The notes under the pieces are model-generated. The model saw only the letters and a list, made by a program, of their open reading frames with translations, was not told where the DNA came from and did not search any database. A DNA stretch of 64,000 nt from Octopus sinensis. Taxonomy: Eukaryota. The translations under genes were made by a program, and so were the position numbers. Positions 52,936 through 64,000 of this stretch are shown piece by piece. The stretch's first letter is position 1. The number at the start of each line of letters is the position of its first letter. The stretch lies in assembly GCF_006345805.1 (NCBI RefSeq), contig NC_043003.1:56854001-56918000 (forward strand), written 5' to 3'.

Positions 52936-55155
52936 AACAAAACAGCGACATGACCCTGTCTGAATGCCAAACTGATTTCAGTGTAGTCAGGTTTACTGAT
53001 CTCAGAAGTGATTTTTATCTAGTTTTTGAAGGAATTAAGAGTAAGTGGAAACTCATTACAGATAGACCGAAGGACGGGAGTAATTTTCACGTTAGTTCGT
53101 GACATTCTAAGGGATTCGCGTTCACCCGTGTCATGATTCCTAAGTATCCACATGTTGTTTTCGAAATGCCTCTTTAAGGGGATTACAGCCAGAAACATTT
53201 GGGTGATCATATTTTCTTTAATGTTGGTGTAAATTGCTCGGCCACGAAGAACATCGAAAGAACATCCTGCTACTATTCTCTATTTCGTATCTTACGGCAT
53301 TCTTATTCAGCTTCAGCTTCGTTTCTCTTTTGCTATTACTCCACTGATCTCTTTTCTACTATCTCTGACAGACGATTCATCGTCAACGTCTCGCGCGCCA
53401 ACTTCCAATGCTAGTATTATCTATATGTAAACTTCTTTTCTCAGCTCTTTCAAAAAATTATCATGTTTCTCGTATTAGAGTAAGAACATAATAGATTTAC
53501 CTTTGGTGATACGTTCCAAATTGTAAGACACTTCGTTGTCTATATAGGCAACAATTTCGACACTTCTCTTCAGATGACAATTCCATGAATTTATAAAGTA
53601 TTGATGTAAAATACAGGAAATATTGAAAAACTAAAACTATTTCATAATTGTTGTATCATAATGCATAATTGACATTCACACAAACAAATACATAATAGAA
53701 AATAAAATTAATTTTGTATCCACACAGTTTTCATACAATAAAAAAAATTCATATTTGTATTCCGTTTTCTATCCAGGGTCGATACAAATTATTCATGTAC
53801 ACACCAGTCCTCACGAAAGATCAGAAAACTATTTTGGGGAATAAAAATATAAAATGCGCATAGAGAAATATTTATGAAAATAAAAATATTCCATAAGCAG
53901 GATTGAACCAAGCCACCTACAAATTTTATATATATATATATATGTGTGCATATGTGTAAGTACCTTTGCCTGAAGTTTATATATATGTGCATGTGTATGA
54001 ATGTATGTGTGTGAATATACATGTATAGTGCATGTTTGTGCGTATGTATTTATGGGGGTGGGGTATAATACATATGATCGAGATGGAAAATAGAATATAC
54101 GAATAGCTTTATTGCTCACAACGATCGTTTCGACTCATCCTGCATCAATCCTTGACGGATAGGAAATTGTACAATTGGTAGTGGTGTACCCTCGGTGCAG
54201 AAACATTCCCTCAGATGATGTTATAAGGGGTTGGTGTCTCGTTAAATAAATTCTATTTCGCTCGATCTTAGTACAAGATGATGCTAGGGACAGCATTAAT
54301 GGATAGATAGAATATATAGAGAGAGATAGATAGATATCGGTGCCGGTAGCTTCACTGTGACAAGACGTACATGTCATAGCTCTGGTCAGTCAGAAGCCAA
54401 ACACACAACTTTCAACTCAAACCAGCTGTAACTCATCTTAGTCCCAAGACCCCTATATTCTATCTTTAACATCTGAGAATAAATTTACAGAAGTTTCTAT
54501 ACTACCTGGAGAAACATATATCGACTAGCATTGCTATCAAAAGACTAATTTCAAGACTATTCTAATACCAGGCTCGTGAGTACAATTAATTTCTCTTCAT
54601 CTTTATGTTACACATAGCTCTTTCTGATTTGTACTAAATACACTGAACTCTTTTGTACACACTCGGATATAGCCAGGCATTTCTGAATATATCAACATAA
54701 ACTTCGCTACGGTATTTTCACGACCATACATCAAACCAGCAATAGCTAATGTGCCGTGTATAATACTGTTCTATCCACTGAATAAGGCCAATACAATTCT
54801 AAAACACCACTGGGTAGAAAATGAAATCAGTGCACTGATAAACGTTTGGTACGATCACCATATAGTGTAAAAACTATTGCCTACGATAAAATCGCCGGAA
54901 AATTAGCGCTACATTATTTTTACAGATCTGTAAAACAGATCGAAAACAAAACAAAATAAAAGAAATCGCAAGATCGTTTCATAACTTACACACGCACATG
55001 GTAACACTAGTAGCTATATTTGGATGTAAAGGATGATTTAAATGGATATAAAGATGACCTTTTGCTATTAATACTGCTTCCATCGCAAACGTCGTGGGTT
55101 CACCGCTTGAAGATTTTATTCCATCAGCTGGACCTTAGTTTTTATTTTGTGCCAG

Positions 55156-55218
55156 GTATTTATTCCAACATTTTCTTTTTGTGGGCGGGGAGCGTAAACG
55201 AAGACTTGTATGGAAACG
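55156..55218 (+). other. Candidate 63-bp exon (coding, or 5'UTR plus ATG)
   Basis: Acceptor TTTTATTTTGTGCCAG, donor ACG|GTAAGA; reading frame undetermined. Confidence 0.25.
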
Positions 55219-55374
55219 GTAAGAGACAAACACAAACACAAAGGTGCATACACAAACACAAAGGTGCATACACAAACACAACTATATATATATATATATA
55301 TATATATACTCGTTAGCAACGGAAGCGATATTCGTACCAAACAGTAATCTTTATCTCAAACTTCATGTGGATGG

Positions 55375-55420
<46 letters not shown>

Positions 55421-56335
55421 AGAGACATAGATAGATAGATAGATAGATAGCTAAGAGAGAATGAAAGAGAGAGATACATACATATATGTGTGTATGAAGA
55501 AAAAGCAACATCGCATAAACTTAGGCGTCAAAGAGTTTGATGGCAAACAATGTGTGCAGAATAAGTGAGGGATCGAACAGACATTAATTTTCACAGAGTA
55601 TATAATATTTGCTGTAACTTTATCGAAGTATTTCACTCTCTCATTAATCACATCTAATATCTTTGGTTTCGCCGGCAGAACGCTCGTTAAGGACTCAAAT
55701 ATTACTCTAAAAGGTGAACAAGAATAATTTTATTACTTGACAAATTTGTCACATGTACAATCCTGAGTAAATTTTATTCAAAACAATGTTTTGATAATTT
55801 ACCAACTTTCAATGAAAGAAGAGTCGCATTGTTGATACTCAAAATTGGTAAAAGGTTTATCAATACAATTTTCAATGACGTGTTACAATTATAAGAAAAT
55901 ATCAAACGCTGTATATTCTGCACGAGATTGTGTAATTCTGTGAGAAAATGCTATGGTTTCTAAAGTCTGGAGGGATGCGTTGATGAAGGTGTTGTCCAAA
56001 GGAAACTTGTAAAGACATTTATATGCAGAAATTCGTGATACATATGTCACCTCAGTTCTGTTGGGAAAATAAAATAAGAAAGTATCCTTTATAGGCTCCA
56101 CCTTCATGTTGTGATACCCCTTACTTTCAAGTCACAGTTCTGGGTCGCACGATTGTGTGCTTTTCACACAGATTGTCAATAAGATATTTCTCCCCACAGA
56201 GATTCCACACTGAAGGTCTTTCCACTTTTAACTCTACACGAACGTGATAAATATAATTGTTCACACCTATGTTTTAATCATCAATGCTTGGTGTGCCACT
56301 AATCAATAATTGATACGAGATTTTCTGTTCTTCAG

Positions 56336-56403
56336 CTGATGCGGAGACCCCCTTCTTTCCCATTGCTTCATTTATCTCACTAAGGTCTTTGATGTACTTA
56401 ATC
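56336..56403 (+). other. Candidate 68-bp exon
   Basis: Acceptor TTTTCTGTTCTTCAG, donor GTGAGT, open frame DAETPFFPIASFISLRSLMYLI; conflicts with an open minus-strand frame. Confidence 0.25.
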
Positions 56404-56849
56404 GTGAGTCGTTTATGAGCAATCCTCAGAAATACTAGCTGTTCCCATAAATCTACAAATATTATCAAGCCATTCCACGAAGATATAAGAGCATATGTAA
56501 CAATTAATGGAGCATGATCAGATTAAGTTTCAATTAGTGATGGTATAAAATAAGGTGATATAACTGAATCATTTTTATTTACTTAATTTTCACGGTCACT
56601 TTCAAAGACCTTTCTCGGGGTGCTTATAAACACTACCAAATAAATGGTAAAATATTCAACCTCAGTCGGCTTTATTATGAATCACACACTTTCGTAACTC
56701 TGATAACATGCCTCGTGTATCTTCAAAGTCGTATGGATAGAAGTTAATTATGCATGAAACATGTTATGCCCCGCAATAAATATTGATAAAACTGTTATTC
56801 TTTATCAGTCTTGCACCAAAAGGCTTCATGTAACTCATAAAATAATAGT

Positions 56850-56990
56850 ATATGGTAAAGATATCTTCCTTCAGATATCTTGACAGTATGTTAAACAGGG
56901 ATGGAATTCTGGTTGACGATAAAGTGAATAGAATTCGCAAGACATGGATATCTTTTGGAAAATTGCAATATTCAAAAGAGTCTTATCGAT
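56850..56990 (+). mobile_element. RTE-clade LINE remnant
   Basis: SFRYLDSMLNRDG..VNRIRKTWISF matches the FRYLGS..DG..RI..AW motif. Confidence 0.55.
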
Positions 56991-57664
56991 ATATAAAAAA
57001 AAACAGCTATATAATTTTTTGTTTTCATAAAACGATGCATTTCCTCTGTTTTATTGAATAGCTGTGAAACACAGAGATTATCTTCAAAACATGTTAAACG
57101 GTAGAAGTGTTCTTCAACAAAAATATGTTGGAAGTATTTTACATATAAGAATTTGCAAATGTACACATAAAGGACCATATAGTAAATGTAGTAAACGTAG
57201 TAGACTGAGGTGAATAACATTAAACATGAAACATTCAAACGCGACTAGAAGCCATAAAGATATCAGTTATAGTTTAATTAGTCAAAATCGCTTACGACAT
57301 AAACCAAGGCAAAACTATATATATTTTCCCAAGGAACAATATTACACCCTCTCTCTCTCCCTCTCTCCCTCTATTATCTATCTCTCTCTAAAACTTTTCC
57401 CTTCCCAAACAATCGTAATAACGTCATTTTATATTCTCAATTTCTTTATTCTGTCTCTCTCTCTATTTTATTTGTGCTACATATGTAAAACTACCATCTG
57501 AACACATACACAAATATCTTCAGCAAAACAATTATATAGAAACATTTATTTTTGGATGGATACCTATTGGTGTAGTTTCAATTTCACATCTTTTATCTTC
57601 TATTTGTTTCACTCATTAGACTGCGGCTATGCTGGGGCAGCACCTTATATAATATAGATAACGT

Positions 57665-57966
57665 CACCCATTTCAACCCTAGCCAAGCTCATGGGCCCGG
57701 TTTCCCTGTTTCTGTGGCGTATGTGTTCACCCCAGGTGGACGGGACGCCAGTCCATCGCAGCGTTTACTCAAGAAACAGGAAGAGAGAGTGAGAGAAAGT
57801 TGAGGCGAAAGAGTACAACAGGGGTAACCACCACCACCTGCCGGAGCCTCGTGGAACTTTTAGGTGTTTTCGCTCAATAAACACTCACAACGCCCGGTCT
57901 GGGAATCGAAGTCGCGATCCTCCGACCGCGAGTCCGCTGCCTTAACCACTGGGCCATTACGCCTCC
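57665..57966 (-). mobile_element. SINE family D
   Basis: Reverse-complement homolog of 52637-52935. Confidence 0.85.
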
Positions 57967-58499
57967 ACATATAAAATATATGGTAAACATATTTACCGCT
58001 TATGGTCAAAATGGATAAAGTCGTTGAAGTAGCGTAGCATTTTAATTCCACAATTACACATTGGTAAAATAAATACAAAACTTAAATTACCGGGTTCGAC
58101 ATGCTTGTCTAATTCCTCTCAGAGTGATAGCTCTGCATAGCCACAATTCAAAACCTGATGAGGTACTAAATGAATATAAGGAGTATGTTCCACATTATTT
58201 AAAACAATTTTATCGGTCTTAAACGTTGTTTCCGGTTTTATTTCTTTTGGGGGCGTAATATAAAACATAGGTAGGTTGAACACGTCGGGCAAACTGCTTC
58301 AGTGTGTACGTTCTTCGTTTAAATTCCGCCGAGATCGACTTCGCTTTTCATCCTTTTAGGATCGATAAAATAAGTACCAGTTGTTTACTGAGGGTTGTTG
58401 TAAACTTTTCTCTTCCAAAACCTAAATCATTTCCCTTCCAAAAATTCCTAATCCTGTACCTATATTAAGAAGAAGTAAGGCATAGACAATAACAACAAA

Positions 58500-58765
58500 A
58501 AAACAAATATTTGATGAAGATGATAATGAGGAGGTGGAGGAGGATAACGGCAACGACGACAGCGATGAAGATGATAATGAGGATGACGATGATGATGAGG
58601 AAGAGGAGGAAAAGGAAGCGGGTGCAATGATGTTGATTATGATGATAGTTATTATTACGATTATGATGAAGAGGACGTCGACGATGACAACGACGACAAC
58701 AAAGATGATAATTAGATGATGATGATGATGGTGCTAAGGGCGATATCGATGACAATGGTGATAAT
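58500..58765. repeat. Degenerate trinucleotide repeat (GAT/GAG/GAC)
   Basis: Directly visible. Confidence 0.85.
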
Positions 58766-58991
58766 GTTATCTTTTAGAGTCAACAATACAGAATGCAATG
58801 GCAAACAACAAACGAGTAATAGTGGAGGTAATTTACAAGGCATAAATTACCCTCACGGACGCGATCGACAAGAAACGCAAATTAATTTATGGATAGCAAT
58901 AAATATCAAGAATGTGAAACATCAAAGTAACAACAAAATATCACACGTAAAAGAGAAAGGTAGCAACACAGGTTCATTCGAGGTCAAACAA

Positions 58992-59023
<32 letters not shown>

Positions 59024-59484
59024 ACATATACATACACACACGCGCGCACGCACGCACACACACGCACGCACGCACGCACACACTCAGATGAGATCGCATT
59101 ACTCTGAAATACGAAAGAGGAGTCTCTTCTCCCACTTCGTGCCCCCAACCATAAGATGAATATTTAGTGTATATTTATTTAGCCTCTTGTTATGATAGTA
59201 CTTCCCCTATCATTGCTATCATCAACCAATCTGTGAAGAAATTCACTGGGAATTTACCAGTGAATGAAAACATCTGACCTTAAACATTTCAACAGCGATG
59301 CCCCACAATAGATTCATCCCATAATCAGATCCTTACAAAAGAAAAAAACAAGCAGTGGGTCGATTTTCACAAGAGTAATTGGATTCATCAAGAGCTTGTG
59401 AAGCACTGTTCAACACAGATCTTACAGTTCAACAATGCACGGACACTGGATAAGTGCTTCTAAGACGGTTTTGTCACTCTAAGC

Positions 59485-59815
59485 CAGTGGTTCTTAACCG
59501 AGATACATATGATCCTTGGTGGGCCACATGATTTTGTTATTACAGTTTATGTTCATTAATTGCTTATTATTTTACAATACACAAAATATTGTAATCATTT
59601 AAAATTTATACTGAGAGCAGTGTCCACGAGATGACATCCCAGATTTCAAGCACCTATCGGCAGCCAGCTCTTGAATCAGGACACCTTCTCAGACAAGCCG
59701 ACGCGCTGTTTGTCATAATAACTAATTATAAAAATATAGTAGGATCTTTAAAACATGGAATGCCTATGTGGATCCAGCCGAATAAAGCAGAAATCTAAGG
59801 GATCCTTAGTTTTAA
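59485..59815 (+). mobile_element. Probable hAT-type MITE left end
   Basis: Starts CAGTGGTTCTTAACC; the matching right end was not found. Confidence 0.35.
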
Positions 59816-59819
59816 AAAA

Positions 59820-60066
59820 AGTCGACATCAGCGGAATTTGAACTCAGAACGTAAAGAAAATCGAAATAATGTGCTTTGAAATATTCTTTTCTACTCTAGA
59901 CACAAGGCCGAAATTTTTGGAGAGGGGACCAGTCGATAAGATCGACACCAGTATGCAGCAGCTGTTACTTAATTTATCGACCCCGAAAGGATGAAAGGCA
60001 AAGTCGACCTCGGCAGAATTTGAAATCAGAACGTAAAGACAGACAAAATAACGTGCTTTGAAATAC
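59820..60066 (-). mobile_element. SINE family A, two partial tandem units
   Basis: Both units abut AAATAA(T/C)GTGCTTTGAAATA, suggesting a local duplication. Confidence 0.75.
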
Positions 60067-60510
60067 TGAAATAGCTAATACGGTATTGCTATTATATGAG
60101 AGTTGTTTGTATTTATTTGACCGGACATCACTCTGATTCACTAGTTTTATAACGGGAGGCGTCCCAATCATGGCAGTCCTATTTTATTAGTGACCTCTAT
60201 AACTACATTATCTACTGCAGTAGTTCCAACATTGGCTGCAACAATGTTTTTGGCCATGAAGCTTTTTGATTCTTATTTTAGTCTACAGGACCCTTATAGA
60301 CCTTCGACGTTTAAGAGACTCCTAATGCATTATTATAATTAAATATTATTAATCGGAATTGTATATTAATAGAATTTTTGTATTGTAGGAACATAACTAA
60401 TTTTATTGCGCATAAAAATTCCCAAAAATCTTTTATAGAAACACCAAACCCCTCAGGTACATAAGCTCCGCAGCTGAGAACTACTGATGTGTCTATTGTC
60501 TGTATGTATA

Positions 60511-60923
60511 GCGGCGAGCTGGCAGAAACGTTAGCGCGCCGGGCGAAATGCGTAGCTGTATTTCGTCTGTCGTTACGTTGTGAGTTCAACTTCCACCGAA
60601 GTCGACTGTGCCTTTATCCTTTCGGGGTCGATAAATTAAGTACCAGTTACGCACTGGGGTCGATGCAATTGAATTAATACCTATGTCTGTCCTCGTTTGT
60701 CCCCTCTATGTTTAGCCCCTTGTGAGTAATAAAGAAATAGGTATTACGTCTGCCGTTACGTTCTGAGTTCAAATTCCGCCGAGGTCCACTTTGCCTTTCA
60801 TCCTTTCGGGGTCGAGGAATAAAGTATCGGTTTCGCACTGGAGTCGATGTAATCGACTTAATCCCTTTGTCTGTCCTTGTATGTCCCCTCTATGTTTAGC
60901 CCTTTATGGGCAGTAAAGAAATA
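60511..60923 (+). mobile_element. SINE family A dimer with a single TSD
   Basis: TSD TATTGTCTGTAT(G/C)TA(T/C)A at 60494-60510 and 60924-60940; head + core/tail + core/tail. Confidence 0.9.
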
Positions 60924-61388
60924 TATTGTCTGTATCTACATCTTACGACGGAGTTTATGATCTGAGAAGAATTTAGTAACTATTTGAAGCAGGTCAAGCT
61001 ACGAGATAAGAAGCTCATATCCACTGCATAAGCGGGTGACATGGACTTACTAAGAACATAACAGTTCAGTTGAGTGTTATCATGTACAACAACAGAACCA
61101 AAGAACTGCAGAAAATATGGAATCCGTTCAGATATTGCACATCTTCTCTCTAAGCATCTGAATTTAATATAAAGGACAAACATACGTCCAGCGGATTATT
61201 GAGACGGAGAATTGAGTAGAATAACCTTTACATTCCGTGGATTAAACTCTGTCTGTAAAGAACAATTTATTTTCAGATAATGTGCTTCAGAAAAACACAC
61301 CGAGAACATAGAATTATACAAAACTTTACGGCATCATATGTATATATGCGTGTGTGTGTTTGTGTGTGTGTATGTGTATGTGTGTACA

Positions 61389-61433
<45 letters not shown>

Positions 61434-62544
61434 TATATATAAACATATATACATATACGTATATATGTATATGTGAATACAGATAAATGAATATAAATAC
61501 ACGTGTCCATAAATATAAAAACATACATATGTAAATATACAGAAATAAAAATGTATGCGCGTGTGAGCGTTTTTGTGTGTGTGTATGTGCATGCGTGCAC
61601 ATCTATGTATGTGTATGTAAGTATGAATGCCAACAAATATTACATGCAGAAATTTTCGTTTTATCAAGGTATTATTAGCATTCAAACAATGTTATTGACG
61701 TGCGTGTGTATATACCTTAATACATGCATAAGTATATACATTCTTGTATGTTGACCGTGTTGCGTGATTCTATGTCACACATTTGTAAGCTCGTGTGGAT
61801 ATAACTGCATATGTTTCTATGGCGATGTCTATCTAGAGGTGTGTGTGTGTATGTATGGTTGTGCTTGGTATTTCATGTATTTAACAAATAATATTCACCA
61901 GCATAGCACATATATGTGTATGTATATACACGTGTACCTGTCTGTAGTGCCAGTGCATATTCCCATATATGTTTGTCTGTGTGCTTATATGTGTCCATGC
62001 ATCTATAAATATGTACGTGTGAATTTGTGTGTATGTATGTGCGTAGTTGTATCGTTGTGTGTCTGGGAACGAGTGCTGTGAGTGCTCTTTAGTGGAGAGC
62101 TTAGCTAACTAACCTAACTTAAAGATAATATTTTGTTTCTAAGCTATCATGAAGGGTTAGCAGATTTGTCTGTTAAGCCTCCACCACAAACATTACTATA
62201 ACCTTTAATTCTTAACTAAGATCAGGATTAACTCGAACTGTTAACCTTTAGACTGTCTCATCATCCTTCCCTCGTCTACCTCTTCCATTTTAGCTTTCTT
62301 ATAAACGTATGTAGCATTCTCCGTTAAATAATTCAAAACAAGCGACAAAGCCAACGAGATATTCGGTACGCGGATATTACAGCTGTTACAAAATGCTCTC
62401 TAACGGATGCAGATATAGCTGTATGGTTAAAACGCTAGATTAGTAACTGCCTTGTAGCGAGTTCGATTACAATATGAGTCAATATGCAGCAGTGCTTTCT
62501 ACCGTGAGCTCTGATTTACTAGTAACTTACAAGCGGAATTTGAT

Positions 62545-62551
62545 GGAAGAA

Positions 62552-62584
<33 letters not shown>

Positions 62585-63550
62585 TGTATGTATGTATGTA
62601 TGTATGTGTGTACGTACGTACGTACGCATGCATGTATGTCATTATTCAGTTTATTTCAAGATTTCTTGCCAACAGAGAAAGAATCAGTTTCTCACCTAGA
62701 TCCAAGGCTCCTTCATTCGAATTTCAACATCTACAAGAGGTTATTCTTGCTTTTATGTACGTATGTATGTTTGTATGTATGCATGTATGTATGTATGTAT
62801 GTATGTATGTATGTGCAGATTTGTATGTTTTATGTACGTATTCTCATGCATATTGTTGCACATCTAGACATGGTCATATATATTTAAATGACAAACTTCT
62901 GGAAGGTCTTACAGAATTTTACAGTTCCAGTGATGGATTGGATCTGTAGACTTCGAATTAGCTTTCTCCTTTATGGATTTGAGAAGCCTAATTTCTCAAG
63001 ATTGGTATTTAGACAGTATGTTATATATCCCAGGGCCCCAATAATTAAAGGTACAAATCTGAACTTGTAATCTGGATAGAGTAACTGCATATTTCTCGGT
63101 AGTTCAGCGTAGGTGTTCTCTTTTTCACTGATCTTCAGCTTTATGTTAACATCCGCTGGGCAGCGAATTTCCACAACCGTTTCTCTATCCCAAATTATTA
63201 TAACAGATCTGTTGTGCATATATTTTATTGAGATCTTCAGTGGTACATTCCACCCGTATTCCTTTTTATTGTGAGTGGCTATGGCTTCTACCATATTGTG
63301 GCGTCTTATATCTTTGTGCTCGGGATTATCCTTCTGATGGATTTCATTATAGATTGTCCTAGCTGCAACATCATATCTTATCGGTAGGTAATACCGTAAT
63401 GACATTTTCGAATAACTGCTTATAATATGGGTGATATCTTCAGTGTGAAGTCCATGAAGTCTGCATCGGTTGTCACATTTTACGGCTTTTCCTGCATCTC
63501 TATCCCTTTTGTGCATCAGATACTAGGATTATATTTGCTGTTCCTGGATT
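62545..63550 (-). mobile_element. R4/Dong-like non-LTR retrotransposon with restriction-like endonuclease, 5'-truncated (copy A)
   Basis: IQEQQI, degenerate CCHC knuckle CRLH..EDITHIISS, RYD (RHD), NRSVIIIWD..VEIRCP, EKENTYAEL, IIGALG; 3' UTR running into (CATA)n. Confidence 0.8.
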
Positions 63551-63551
63551 G

Positions 63552-63872
63552 TATGTATGTATGTATGTATGCATGTATGTATGTATGTATGTATGTATGT
63601 ATGTATGTATGTATGCATGTATGTATGTATGTATGTATGTATGTATGTATGTATGTATGTATGTATGTATGTATGTGCAGATTTGTATATTTTATTATCG
63701 TATTCTCATGCATATCTAGAATTGCTCATATATATTTAAATGATAAACGTCTGGAAAGTTTAACAGATTTTTACAGTTCCAGTGATGGATTGGATCTGTA
63801 GCCTTCGAATTACCCTTCTCCTCTCTGGCTCTGAGAAGCCTAATTTCTGAAAACTGGTATTTAAGCAGTGTA
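63552..63872 (-). mobile_element. Second, shorter copy of the same R4-like element (copy B) plus (CATA)n
   Basis: About 63672-63872 is homologous to about 62810-63015. Confidence 0.8.
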
Positions 63873-63883
63873 TTGCGGTGACC

Positions 63884-63953
63884 AGTAAATTCCAACGCGG
63901 TAAATTCCACCACGGGATATCCCACCATGGTAAATTTCACCATAGGTGAAATT
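63884..63953. repeat. Four 15-bp tandem units plus an inverted half unit
   Basis: GGTAAATTCCACCAC-type units, then AGGTGAAATT. Confidence 0.7.
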
Positions 63954-64000
63954 ATTATAATTACTATTATTATTATTAGTAGTAGTAGTATGAGTATTAG

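Noticed and set aside
58465-59159. Acidic and Met/Ile-rich ORFs
   Set aside because: They are translations of degenerate trinucleotide and (CA)n repeats with no splice or domain support.

Overview
AT-rich, repeat-dense eukaryotic DNA. The repeat repertoire suggests a cephalopod, probably octopus (inference: very long (TA)n/(TACA)n tracts, several tRNA-derived SINE families, RTE/CR1/R4-type LINE remnants, Penelope-like remnants, mariner/Tc1 fossils). There is no prokaryotic gene, CRISPR array, rRNA or true tRNA, and most of the ORF track is microsatellite artefact. Firm calls: a full-length defective mariner (11284-12565), an internally deleted mariner with a nested insertion (37569-38515), a Tc1 remnant, RTE/CR1/R4-like LINE fragments, about 25 SINE copies in four families (A-D, my labels) and a 15-bp minisatellite. 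Tentative calls: exons of an unidentified plus-strand gene (about 18.8-28.5 kb), a terminal exon with a hydrophobic tail (36.2 kb) and two promoter-like islands. I cannot show a new biological system here. The best leads are an R4/Dong-like element apparently nesting in (TACA)n microsatellites, a SINE that inserted as a dimer with a fixed junction, and the unidentified gene. All family names come from motif recognition, not from database searches, and repeat boundaries without TSD/TIR support are approximate.
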